Shown here piece after piece: positions 12,201 through 20,899 of a stretch of DNA of 64,000 nt; position 1 is the stretch's first letter; each line of letters opens with the position of its first letter. The notes under the pieces are model-generated. The model did not search any database. It was not told the DNA's origin and worked only from the letters and a program-made list of their open reading frames with translations. Location of the stretch: the IMG/VR virus record IMGVR_UViG_3300016469_000277, positions 1-64,000 of that record; one strand, written 5' to 3'. The stretch is from a virus. Made by a program: the position numbers and the translations under genes.

Positions 12201-15200
12201 TCCAACTATTGAGATTGGTAGATATGTTCAATACTCTGCTGATAAAGAAACTTACATCATAACAAAGCTTAATGCTAACGGGACTATCCAAATCTACAAT
12301 CCTACCAAAGAAGGAGCAGCAGCTAAAAAATCTGTATCTGCTAAAAACCTAACTCCCCTAGAAGAGATAGGTAAAATAGTAGAATATAGAGATGCCAACT
12401 ATCTTGTTACCCCAAAAAACACCATTATATCTCTGACTACTAATAAAGTAATGCAGTGGGCAGAAGGAGATGGTAACAGAAAAGCAATACTTGCTTTAGC
12501 TAACCAAGCACCCCAAGCTCCCGTTATTACTCTAGTAGTTGAACCAGAAAATCCTGCTGCAGAAACAATTGAAGCAGCGCTTCAAAGTAGAATAGAAGAA
12601 CCTACTTACGTTCCAGAAAAGAATGATGAAGTGTCTTTTACTTACTACGGTAAAGACTATACAGGATTATTTATAAGAAAAACTCTAGACAATAATTACG
12701 TTATCCAAGTTCCAGGTGAAGGACAAAAAGAATTTATAGCTAGTGCTGTTTCTAATATTACTAAAGTAACAGAAGAACCAGATTTACCTACAGACTTTGG
12801 ACCTCTTGAAAGACCTAAATATTTAGGAAACTTTATTTCTCCTGTACAAAATGAAAGAGCTCGTACTTGGACTAACACTATAGGCAAGAAAATCTTTGGT
12901 GAAGATAGACTTATCTTTGAACAGACTTTATTGCACCCTAGTGCGTATGCTGTTTGGAGTAAGGCTGCTACTAGACTGTTTAAAGATTCAAACTATGCAG
13001 ATGTATATCACGAAGCTTGGCACGAATTTACTCAAATGTACTTTACCGCAGAAGAGAGAAAAACTCTTTATGATAGAGCAAGAAAAGTTTACGGAGATTT
13101 AACTGACATAGAATTAGAAGAAAAACTAGCTGAAGATTTCCGTCAATTCATGCTTACAGGAGTAATGCCTGAATCTATTCAAAAATCAAAAGAAGCCAGA
13201 AATATTTTCCAAAAGATTTTAGACTTCTTAAGTAACTTCTTTACCAACAAAAAAACTATTGACCGGTATTTTAAAAACTTAGCCAAAGGAAAAGTAGGAA
13301 GAAGGGTTGACTTCCCTCAGTTTAAAACTTTGTATTCTGCTAAGAAATTAGTACTTAAAGAAAATAACAAAAATGTTCCTCTTTCCTTCCAAGAGACTAA
13401 AGGGTATCTTGATCTTATAGATCAGTTGTTTCTTTATGTAGCTAACGAAGCAGGAAAACAAAGAGGGGGTACTTATGTAAACATACTTTACAATCCTAAA
13501 GAGCTTAATAATGTTTACAATGCTGTTTTTAATTACATAAAAAAATTAAGAGGTGAGGCTAAAACTACACAAGATTTTGTTGCTTACAACGAACTTACTA
13601 GATTAATAGGCCCAGAAAGTACTAACTTTAATAGACTTAAAAATCTACATTTCCGTTACTCTCCTTTGTTTACTACTGCTATTAGATTAGCTGCTCGTGA
13701 AGCTCAAGAAGACGAACAAGGAGCTCAACAAGGTAAAGATGCTTTTGACCAACAAGAAGACGGAGTTTTCTTTAGTGATAAATCAATTACAGAAAGATCC
13801 CAAGAAGACTACGCTGAACCCTTAATTATCAATCTTATCTATGCACTTCCATTAATAGAGAATGGGGAAATAGTTTATAACAGTTTAACTGGTGCTCCTA
13901 TTTTAGGAGAGTTTGAGACCAACTGGAATATCCTTAAAAACACTCTTCAAAATTCTCCATCTTACGATGATATGCTAGATAAGATAAAAACTCTAGCAAA
14001 AGATTTTTCTCAATTTAATTCTTTGTTAGAGCTTCTTCCTGCTAAAGGCCCAATTAAAAGAGCTTCAGACCAACAATTAAGAAATCAGTTTTATAATGTT
14101 TTCTCAATGGGGAGAACCCCAGGCGTATTTGCTAAATTTGGGGCTAATGGAAAATTCTCTGTAAGTAATACGTCTAGCTTAGACACTAAAGGAGTTAAAG
14201 ATATTTGGTTAGTTAATTTTAACTCAACCAAAGATGGGCTTTACAAACAACTCTCTGCAATTACAGGTAACTACAGACTTGACGCAGAGGCTTTGTTTGA
14301 AGCATACCCAGAAGCCCCTAAAACTCCAGAAGGTATGTTGTCGTTCTTAGGAGCCATTGGATTTAATTACGCCCAAAAATCTCAAGAAGACTTTATTAAA
14401 AACGCTAGCAAGTACGAAACAGCGGTTTATTATATTTATACAAAACTCAAAAGTTATCATTACTCTACTGATGAGGAAATCTTTGACCCATTTACTGTAA
14501 TTAGTACTAGGCATTCTTACGAGGAAGACGGAGAAACTAAATCTTACGCAGGACAAGGAAGATACTTAAACAACCTTGTTCAAGTAGAAGTAGATAGTAA
14601 CCCAGCTTACGCTAACGATATGGTAATTGTAGCAGACGGCACCACTCAATATATGGTTAACCCTCCTACTTACCAGACTAAAATTATCAATGCGTTAAAC
14701 GATACTAGATATGAATACTTTGAAGACTTGTTTGCGCCTTACCCATTTTTAGATCCATCTAGAAACTGGGGGCTAAAAGGTTCTGCTGATATAGATTATT
14801 TGTTTGATTTTAACAACCCTGTCAAAGTAGGCAATGAAATTAAACATCCTAGAAAAAGAACTGAAAACATACCTAACTCTCTAGAAGTAGTAAACCTACA
14901 AGGTACTCAATCAGACATTTCTATAATGAACAAAAAGACAATTGATCTTTCTGACGCAGAAAAACATTTGTCTGATATTAGAACTCTTCTTTCTCCTTAT
15001 GGTAGAACAGAAGAAAACAACCGTATTGGTGAAAAAGCCACAACTCGCGGCAAGAGAATTACTTCTGATAAATACTTCTTATTTAATCCTAACTCATTTT
15101 TAAGAGTAGATCCTCAACGGGGGAGATTGTTTTCTCCTAAGCCCGAAGTTTGGGATATAATCTTTAACTATATTAAAGCTGAAGTAGAAATCACTAATAA

Positions 15201-18200
15201 AAATTCTACCTCTACAAGATTTAATAAACACAAGTATACTAACGGAGTTCCTAACTTAGCTTTCTTTTCCCACATCTTAAGTGACGAATTAAGAACTAAA
15301 GTTTACGATTCTTTAACTAAAAACCCAGTAGAAGACAACCAGGATTTTCCTTATGCAAAAGAAGTAGCAGATGAGTTTTTAAATTGGGTTAAAACTTTAA
15401 CAAAAGCTAGTAGGATAAATGTTCTTTCTAAACTAAAAGAATCAGAAAATAAAGAAACCGACTACTATGTAGAAGATTTTGACTTAGTTAGGTATCACTT
15501 TATTTCTTTTATTCATCGTGTAGAACAGTTTAAACTATTTAACTACCATCCTTACTACTATAAGAATGCTGCTGATGTAGCTAAACGTATCTCTGGCGCA
15601 AATGCAACAGGAAATTACCCAGTAGTAGATAAAGAAAACGTAGACTTTGTAAACTCCTCTCTTAAGTTAAATGGCTTTGAGTCTTTTAAAAAGTATGCAG
15701 AGCATGAAAACATTACTATACTCCCAAGAGAAGGAGACAATCCAACTACAGAATTTACCTATATAGTATTTAAAGACACTCCTGTAGATTCTAAAACTGC
15801 AAAAGAAAACAGAGAAGACTATGGAAATAATGGCCAGTATTATATAAACGAAGAACGTGAGTCCCCTGCAGATACTCAAGACGCAGCTTCTATACTTACT
15901 TTGGATACGTTTAAGAAGTTCTTTTCTATGGAAGGTAAACTTGATAAAAGTCTAAGTTTAGAAATCCAACGCCAAGAAAAAATATGGACTAACTTAATTG
16001 AAACTAAAATTAACCCTGATAATGCTGAAGCAAGACAGAATCTTTTAGATGCTCTTAACGAGGGTCCTTATTATATTTTTTCTATTAAGAAACTTCAGTA
16101 TTATGGACCTGGATATAAAGAAGTAGAAATTGTTCCTTTATTCCATAAGTATTCTAATAAAGTTCTTCTTCCTTCTGAAATGGTAGATAATGAAGAATTA
16201 TTTAACCTAGCAGTTAAACTTTATTCTTCTAATGCAGATTACGGATTATTTGGCTCTGCTACTAAAATTGCAGAAACTATTTCTCCAGTAGACTTCATTA
16301 CTGAAGAAGGGACTATAGACATTACCCCGACTAAAGCAGGTGTAGCTGATTTAAGATTTCTCAAAGAACAACAAGAAGTAGAACACAAAGAAGATATGCT
16401 TATCATCTTTGCTACTCAGTTTAGAAAACTCTTGTTTAGGGATATGGATACTCCTAAAGAAAGAGAGTTGTTTGCTACATATAAAGAACAAGTTGAAAAA
16501 CTAGTAGACTATGATAAAGGCCGTTTCTTAAAAAATATCGAAGATAAAGAACTTGCAGTAGAATTCTTAATTAATGCTTTAAGTAAAAAGAATGTAGATG
16601 CTTATACTCTTGATTCTATAAAATATAATGAGTACACCAAGGATCTTCAGTACTCTATGGACTCTATCTTAAGTAGAGTGGTTGCTGAGAGTGCTTTGAT
16701 GTCTGAAACAAGAAAAGCTATTGTTCGTCAAAAGTTTTATGGAAGTCAGTTTGTACAATTCCCTGTTAGTGTTATTCGCCCTGGTAAGAAATTAAACTTT
16801 TACAGAAAAAAGAATGGGGAGATACTTCCGGCTGAATGTATTATTGCCTTCTCTCCTAAGTATTATTCTTTGTTTAGTCTTCCTTTTGATAAAAATACCA
16901 CTATTGGAGAACTAGACGATAAAGGTAAACCTGTCAATGTTTATGAAGGGTTAAAGCGTCTTAACCAAAAACTTGCTGAAGATCCTTCTTTTAGAGAAGA
17001 CAACAAAGAAGCTTTAAGACTAGCAGGTGTACGTATCCCTGTACAAGGGTACAACTCTATGGAATACATGGAAATAGTAGAGTTTTTGCCTGAAGAATCT
17101 GGGGATATGATTTTGGTTCCAGACGAACTAGTAGTAAAATCAGGAGGTGATTTTGATATTGACAAACTCTTTATGTATGAGCCTGTCTTGAGGGACGGTA
17201 AATATTTAAGCGAAGAAAACAGAATCGACTTAAGTAAAGAGTTAGAAAAAATAGAAAAGATTAAAGCAGAGAAAAAAGACAACCAAAAAACTAGGGAAGA
17301 ACTCCAAGAAATTGCTGACACCTTTAAAACCACTGTAGATAAACTTAAAGAAAGTCTTGGTTACGAAGAAATCGAAGAAGTTGCTGACGAATCTAAAAAC
17401 GATCCCATAGAAACTGTTAAAGCTTTGTCTATAGCAGAAGAAAGAAAACTTTTACAAAACCAACTCCTTACTACTATTAAAAAACGTCTTTCTCAGCCTC
17501 AAATCTTTGAAGACCTAATTGAACCTAACAACGTAAACAATATTAAAGAAGGTGCAAAAAATGCCCCTGACTATCTAACAAGCAACTTTAACAAAAACAC
17601 AGTTGCAAACGGAAGAGAAATCTGGTCTAATGTTGTTAACCCTCTTTACCAGCTTTATGTATTCCAGTTAGCTAGTGCTAAAAAGATGGTAGGTATTGCA
17701 GCAAAAGGAGGTACCTTTTTAACTTCTGCACAAGAAGCTAAACTTAATATTATCCAGTTTGAGGCTACTTCTCAAGTATATCTAGACGTACATAGAAATG
17801 AAAAGAACGAAATTGAACTTTGGCGCATAAAAGACGTATCAGGTGAAAATAAAATAAGCCAAATAAACAGTGAGGCTATTTCTGGTTCAGTAGATATTCT
17901 TAAAAATGATGACATCTTAAGAATCAACTTTACTCCTGGAACTATTCCTGTGGTTCTCTATCTTAACAGTATGGGGGCTAGAATAAAAGATGTTCAAAAA
18001 TTTATTGGAGAAGAACTTATTTATAGATACGACAAAGGAGAAACCTTCGAAGATTTGCTTTCTGAGTACCCTGAGCTTTTGACAAAATACGGAGTATTTG
18101 ACCAATATGGAGTTTTTGTAGAAAAAGCAACGGTTACAAAAATTAGCAAAGCAATTAAAAAGAATGATTTTTTAACCGACGAAACTGACGAAGGTAAAAT

Positions 18201-20898
18201 AAAAAGACTTGCTAACTTTATTGTATTAAAGAATCAGCAAAGCGAAAACATCACTCCTTTAATCAATACAGTAGACTATGATACTGCCAACTTCCAAAAC
18301 TTTGAATCAATCAGAAGAAAGATAAACGAATTAGATGATCTTAAGAAGAAAAGGTTCTTTAACGCAGATGCTTTAGAGAAAATAATCAAAAAATCCGTAG
18401 TAGCTCCTTTTGAAATTCAAGAAGATGTTTTAGACAAATTTGCTGAGCTTTTCCCAATTTCCGCAGAAAGAGCATTCACCAATACTATTATTAGACAATA
18501 CAAAGCTGCCAAACGACTTCCTAAAAATAAAAAACTTTCTTATGAATCATTCTCTAGAAGGTATAAGAATGAGTTTATGACTGCTGTTTGGCAAACTATC
18601 TCTTCAGAGGCTAATGACTATATCAAATATTTAGAAATTGGAAACGAAGACAATATAGTTGAAAAACACAGAAGATTAAAAGTAGAAGCTGCTAGGCTAG
18701 GAATTAACATTCCTCTTTTAGATACTGTTATGTTTACTTCTGCAACTGGCTCTGCTTATGTGGCTCCTGGTATGAGAAGAAGTGAAAGTAACTTTGATGT
18801 AGATTCTTGGAAAGAAAACTTTAACAACAACCTAGAATACACGTTACCAGAAGATTTTGTAACGGAAAAGAATTTCTTGCGCGAAGACTTTGAAGACGAT
18901 GTAAGAGAGTTTTTTGAGATCTTGGCTTACACCGGAATACTAACTTCTAGATTAAGTAAAACTTACAGTTCTTACTTGACTATTACTCCTGAACAAATCT
19001 ACACTCCTATAGTTGACAAGAAACTAAGAACTTTAGGTAAAGCATTTAAAGAGACCTTTGAAAAACAAAAAGAACTTAATGCTAAAATAACCAAAGAGAT
19101 AGCAGAAGCCGAAGCAAAATCTCCAGAAGGAGTTATAACTCAAGCTGTAACTGAAGAAATAACAGACAAATACAACAAAGAATTTATTCAGTGGGTACAA
19201 TCTCAACCAAACTTCTTTGAAGAAGCTCCTACTAGAGCTGCAATTTCTACAGCTCCCATAACAGCAGAAGAAATTTATACTCAACTAGGTAACAAAACTA
19301 AATCTGAAAATGTAGTTATTAAACCTTGGGGGGAATTAAAAGATGCCACAAGACCAATAACTCCAGAAGGCATTGTTTCTACAAGAATTAAAACTACTGA
19401 TTATAATTTTGGTAATATTTTTTCTCACCAATTTTCAGGAAATTTAATAAAAACAAAAACCGTTAAAGAAGCAGTAGAAAGGTATATTAATTGGGTAATT
19501 ACTGGTGAAACTGGAGAGTATGTTTTTACAGGAATACAACCTGAAGAGATAGAAGAAAAAAGAAATTGGTTATTAGAACAATTAAAATCAGGAGAACTAA
19601 AAGGTAAACCTATTCTTTACTATAAAGAACTTGGAGAACCTTCTCATGCTACAGCTTTAGATTACCTTATTAACAAATACGATTGGTCTAAACCTACTAC
19701 ACCTACTGTAAGTGAAGGTATTGAAATTAATTCTAAGCAAACAGGATTAGGAAATGATTTAACAAATGTACATTATGCTACAAATGGTAAATCTAAGTTT
19801 GATATTAGACCTTCTGATGCTTCTTTAACACTAACACCTGAAGCTAAAAAAACATGGGGAGAATCCGTAGAAGCTTGGTACAAATCTAACAATGCTAAAT
19901 CTAAAGGCATTCCTGAAGGAACAGAAGGAGATGCTTATGATATGAAACTTATGATAGGATTAATAACTGATAAGTTAAAACAATATCCTGATTTAGTTAC
20001 ACAAATTACAGAAAGAGGAGGTTTAGCGTTTTTAGATAAATCTACTCACACTATGGGAACTGGTAGATGGAGTAGTAAAAATCCAAAAAATATGTTTATG
20101 AATGCTTTAAAACAAGCATATCGAAACGTATCTACTACACCTACTGTAATTACTTCTACTTTAACTAATGTTAACTTCTTAGAAAGGTTCCGTCTGCGCT
20201 TTATAAATAACAACCCAGACATATTTAATACAGATTTTAAACTTAAACCTAACCCTTCTTTAAAGTATTACAAAAACTATAACTTAAATGAAAGTGATGC
20301 TTCTGTTCTAGCTTCTTACCCTCCTTTGGTTACTACAGACAAAATAACTTACGCAGATGAAGCCGCTTCAAAAGCAATGCTTGAAAGAGCTCCATTTGAA
20401 GAACCAGAGAAACTCCCGGCCATTGAACTAGAAGTTATTAATAAAGCTAGTAAAAAGTCAACTTACTCTATTCCTTCTATTGCAGGAGAAATTATAGAAA
20501 AAGAAGGATACAAACTTGATATTCCAGGTTATCCTAATGTATCTTTGTATTTAACTAATCAATCATTATTTACAGAAGAGGGAAAAACAAGACTAGTTAA
20601 ACAAAATGGTTGGATGGTAGATGTCGCCTCTTTTGGGGCTATGTCTCCAACAGTTTACAAAAATCTAACAGAAGCAACAGAAGCAATAAAAGATAAAGTA
20701 AGAGAAGTTTCACAGGATCCAGAAAAAAGAAAAGATCTTGAAAGAATAGGATTCACAGAGGAAGGACAAGTATTCCCCTTAGTTGAAAACCCAGGAACAA
20801 ACCTTTCTACTACTACTAATCCAACTGCTTACGATTCAGATATTGTAAACGAAGTAAACAGCAAACCCACAGACGAATCAGAATGTAATATAAGCTAA
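6235..20898 (+). CDS. Giant virion-packaged DNA-dependent RNA polymerase (crAss type) fused to N-terminal membrane-interacting region, zincin domain and accessory inserts
   Basis: GGDFDIDK (17143-17166) and RIPVQG (17032) as in phi14:2 gp66-type RNAPs; HEAWH...EEKLAEDF zincin motif (13009); Gly/Ala hydrophobic segments at ~8100-8350. Confidence 0.92.
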   Translation: MAKIVNQPKGGPPVMRTDERMKMFLQSTEPPITDADKETLNLRSKLVKGGDPELQKEFGYLAKQKQLPFPEVADPNYKYDQAINRLITKRNNGTASAKELQVLNYHFKKQNEYQNKLLQKDASLPDVGTQLLNSWKKDFPTLEDYKKQSVEQSGFLPSDFIGDPEKAKELNEEITYKLQLIPQLYKENNYEAVKGIQRSISDLLAENSDIFPQFKTYNTLNLISQKADIIKARQSINNAAASRNRSLGNQLATKLGGLPTTQKAQELEGAFMGVSQLSNMQFSVQDYLAGKTGPMGAEDIINLVPIPNSKFNQLTQKYLGKDLATPKSIMADEKERGRVALSSGLEMLSERPGDFYSAEALPAFLQNKEGFLQTEKYQRAAIDAEETFKNATLADYYDQFLETRRERANLLIYKKDLIAQHNRANELAKQLGRPPLPMLETEDVDNQLEDLDFQLRDLEEEIENIKTYNPEERYKKEYPLAYAYKQQHDYESARFNTPASLGASIFDLLTPSFLQRPGKQVTVQEKLSMAIAQGSKQIYDRWQDLDLSGSITSALFKDSERDKAKRNLWLQTGKYNSEGYTIGIDEEGNPVKSGQFFWTDKQGKYHFNPYATVESGLPVAEQMLETILLAEIGGAAFGVGSKIAGGAIEATGISTLGKLAAGDIASALSLDAAQLAKLSNVANKGKVLLSPGVQQRLLTFGSVMATTYPSIYQEEYKNFKNPVDARDVALLRASIESISESVIPNVASLYTKGTGAFLGIGRSYRSLLRDAVEGTTQKMFPGATNKFVRKFADSRFGQAVGTAGRYIKEKGKDLFQEAVVEEEAALFGNYFVDKIAKQKDSSYVMQNELTASNILKTAIEATAGMLITAPFMGGGTTRARNYDIASARWQVANNPEVFKSLATADFEAGKLTKEEYVNKVANINMMAEELKNLPINIGSIRDLDTLLEDKDAQLEYYSNYLQKQALNKLEAENPELAAEYKAGTKDISGIFKETKVTEEQRKAYEESVKDIDKKLYKTEKLASIYDNLTYEQKEEIVAKNFQRKYEKLVSHEDLSPLQLAMVIAQHEKDLEDNPETYAVQNQAYIESLKNSLGIVRSNFMDFIRNNNDNLTFEQLDYKLNFLLQPNSVFLGENEYRLAAKDLSRRMALSVGPYEEIEDENEFIEVVARNFVTSKYSEIPLTSNGKPLLVKMMDNYVNEKLFDKFVEGLPKEERKAKQDELSEKFLKRVVELKQTLKEGQAFPEITSVLEAKKEEEAKKAKAPEPAAAPQVREKYRSIYESYKEAKEAYNTEDANIYESMAAAELLKEATVEELLAGLESVKPIFEDVNVAKVIEDIQNGNTASLESLLTKKGVTKKAIAEFKDKLFPEITVQLPEIVVEEETADGAPEVEGLVELSEEPTEADEENENRVKVTQEKTRQEYLEQDRPNQVYLGITDTGFDEDRREDPNTDLIYSLVDRIQNSLAETNLRALGYHLLMKSDKDILALVGITPEYKEDYASFRAQFIINGIPVRSEATIAYYHKNFDLFGTYKVGIITDSNQSPLYFDKSGQKVKTGTPIIVNIGQPGEGPGKESDKKFKEAIPPQGQFVALSSFINGANVGREKIKSSVVGQLRLIVGQNETVTAESGKSYTLYKGVAYLPTGDVNFPYVSTYTPSVTRNTAVEVLALVKAFNEMTKNPEASTLPEYFKSMTLQEFHNYLNAYVYIPDNSKENSWGLVQTKRKGETERSHVKFFVRLENNKATVSLSEEDILNLLSGSKTEKGTIYAGIPKDFFNEGRTFRPFTVEDGKIKVGKITPFRNWFAQRSTIDKYSKTRPNRNLAFQKEDVVTLQAPTVTKEAPVSDIITDDVYNIFIDKNIVPDNILNSIADKIIARASLSQRETAIFSGKTSEINEIIRKKAPTAAPVSDKKADIERRRDTVLAKITRISGHGTKGIRWVSYEYTEEGKYKKGYSFSSDSKEETIKLINDKYNEELAALEAKPEAPKVETKVPTIEIGRYVQYSADKETYIITKLNANGTIQIYNPTKEGAAAKKSVSAKNLTPLEEIGKIVEYRDANYLVTPKNTIISLTTNKVMQWAEGDGNRKAILALANQAPQAPVITLVVEPENPAAETIEAALQSRIEEPTYVPEKNDEVSFTYYGKDYTGLFIRKTLDNNYVIQVPGEGQKEFIASAVSNITKVTEEPDLPTDFGPLERPKYLGNFISPVQNERARTWTNTIGKKIFGEDRLIFEQTLLHPSAYAVWSKAATRLFKDSNYADVYHEAWHEFTQMYFTAEERKTLYDRARKVYGDLTDIELEEKLAEDFRQFMLTGVMPESIQKSKEARNIFQKILDFLSNFFTNKKTIDRYFKNLAKGKVGRRVDFPQFKTLYSAKKLVLKENNKNVPLSFQETKGYLDLIDQLFLYVANEAGKQRGGTYVNILYNPKELNNVYNAVFNYIKKLRGEAKTTQDFVAYNELTRLIGPESTNFNRLKNLHFRYSPLFTTAIRLAAREAQEDEQGAQQGKDAFDQQEDGVFFSDKSITERSQEDYAEPLIINLIYALPLIENGEIVYNSLTGAPILGEFETNWNILKNTLQNSPSYDDMLDKIKTLAKDFSQFNSLLELLPAKGPIKRASDQQLRNQFYNVFSMGRTPGVFAKFGANGKFSVSNTSSLDTKGVKDIWLVNFNSTKDGLYKQLSAITGNYRLDAEALFEAYPEAPKTPEGMLSFLGAIGFNYAQKSQEDFIKNASKYETAVYYIYTKLKSYHYSTDEEIFDPFTVISTRHSYEEDGETKSYAGQGRYLNNLVQVEVDSNPAYANDMVIVADGTTQYMVNPPTYQTKIINALNDTRYEYFEDLFAPYPFLDPSRNWGLKGSADIDYLFDFNNPVKVGNEIKHPRKRTENIPNSLEVVNLQGTQSDISIMNKKTIDLSDAEKHLSDIRTLLSPYGRTEENNRIGEKATTRGKRITSDKYFLFNPNSFLRVDPQRGRLFSPKPEVWDIIFNYIKAEVEITNKNSTSTRFNKHKYTNGVPNLAFFSHILSDELRTKVYDSLTKNPVEDNQDFPYAKEVADEFLNWVKTLTKASRINVLSKLKESENKETDYYVEDFDLVRYHFISFIHRVEQFKLFNYHPYYYKNAADVAKRISGANATGNYPVVDKENVDFVNSSLKLNGFESFKKYAEHENITILPREGDNPTTEFTYIVFKDTPVDSKTAKENREDYGNNGQYYINEERESPADTQDAASILTLDTFKKFFSMEGKLDKSLSLEIQRQEKIWTNLIETKINPDNAEARQNLLDALNEGPYYIFSIKKLQYYGPGYKEVEIVPLFHKYSNKVLLPSEMVDNEELFNLAVKLYSSNADYGLFGSATKIAETISPVDFITEEGTIDITPTKAGVADLRFLKEQQEVEHKEDMLIIFATQFRKLLFRDMDTPKERELFATYKEQVEKLVDYDKGRFLKNIEDKELAVEFLINALSKKNVDAYTLDSIKYNEYTKDLQYSMDSILSRVVAESALMSETRKAIVRQKFYGSQFVQFPVSVIRPGKKLNFYRKKNGEILPAECIIAFSPKYYSLFSLPFDKNTTIGELDDKGKPVNVYEGLKRLNQKLAEDPSFREDNKEALRLAGVRIPVQGYNSMEYMEIVEFLPEESGDMILVPDELVVKSGGDFDIDKLFMYEPVLRDGKYLSEENRIDLSKELEKIEKIKAEKKDNQKTREELQEIADTFKTTVDKLKESLGYEEIEEVADESKNDPIETVKALSIAEERKLLQNQLLTTIKKRLSQPQIFEDLIEPNNVNNIKEGAKNAPDYLTSNFNKNTVANGREIWSNVVNPLYQLYVFQLASAKKMVGIAAKGGTFLTSAQEAKLNIIQFEATSQVYLDVHRNEKNEIELWRIKDVSGENKISQINSEAISGSVDILKNDDILRINFTPGTIPVVLYLNSMGARIKDVQKFIGEELIYRYDKGETFEDLLSEYPELLTKYGVFDQYGVFVEKATVTKISKAIKKNDFLTDETDEGKIKRLANFIVLKNQQSENITPLINTVDYDTANFQNFESIRRKINELDDLKKKRFFNADALEKIIKKSVVAPFEIQEDVLDKFAELFPISAERAFTNTIIRQYKAAKRLPKNKKLSYESFSRRYKNEFMTAVWQTISSEANDYIKYLEIGNEDNIVEKHRRLKVEAARLGINIPLLDTVMFTSATGSAYVAPGMRRSESNFDVDSWKENFNNNLEYTLPEDFVTEKNFLREDFEDDVREFFEILAYTGILTSRLSKTYSSYLTITPEQIYTPIVDKKLRTLGKAFKETFEKQKELNAKITKEIAEAEAKSPEGVITQAVTEEITDKYNKEFIQWVQSQPNFFEEAPTRAAISTAPITAEEIYTQLGNKTKSENVVIKPWGELKDATRPITPEGIVSTRIKTTDYNFGNIFSHQFSGNLIKTKTVKEAVERYINWVITGETGEYVFTGIQPEEIEEKRNWLLEQLKSGELKGKPILYYKELGEPSHATALDYLINKYDWSKPTTPTVSEGIEINSKQTGLGNDLTNVHYATNGKSKFDIRPSDASLTLTPEAKKTWGESVEAWYKSNNAKSKGIPEGTEGDAYDMKLMIGLITDKLKQYPDLVTQITERGGLAFLDKSTHTMGTGRWSSKNPKNMFMNALKQAYRNVSTTPTVITSTLTNVNFLERFRLRFINNNPDIFNTDFKLKPNPSLKYYKNYNLNESDASVLASYPPLVTTDKITYADEAASKAMLERAPFEEPEKLPAIELEVINKASKKSTYSIPSIAGEIIEKEGYKLDIPGYPNVSLYLTNQSLFTEEGKTRLVKQNGWMVDVASFGAMSPTVYKNLTEATEAIKDKVREVSQDPEKRKDLERIGFTEEGQVFPLVENPGTNLSTTTNPTAYDSDIVNEVNSKPTDESECNIS
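11745..11956 (+). repeat. 17-bp in-frame direct repeat AGCTCCTGTTTCTGATA bounding a 65-codon unit
   Basis: Copies at 11745-11761 and 11940-11956, each preceded by AAGCTCCTACAG (11723, 11927). Confidence 0.9.
19694..20149 (+). repeat. 18-bp in-frame direct repeat CTACTACACCTACTGTAA bounding a NADAR-like domain
   Basis: Copies at 19694-19711 and 20132-20149; offset 438 nt = 146 codons. Confidence 0.9.
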
Positions 20899-20899
20899 A

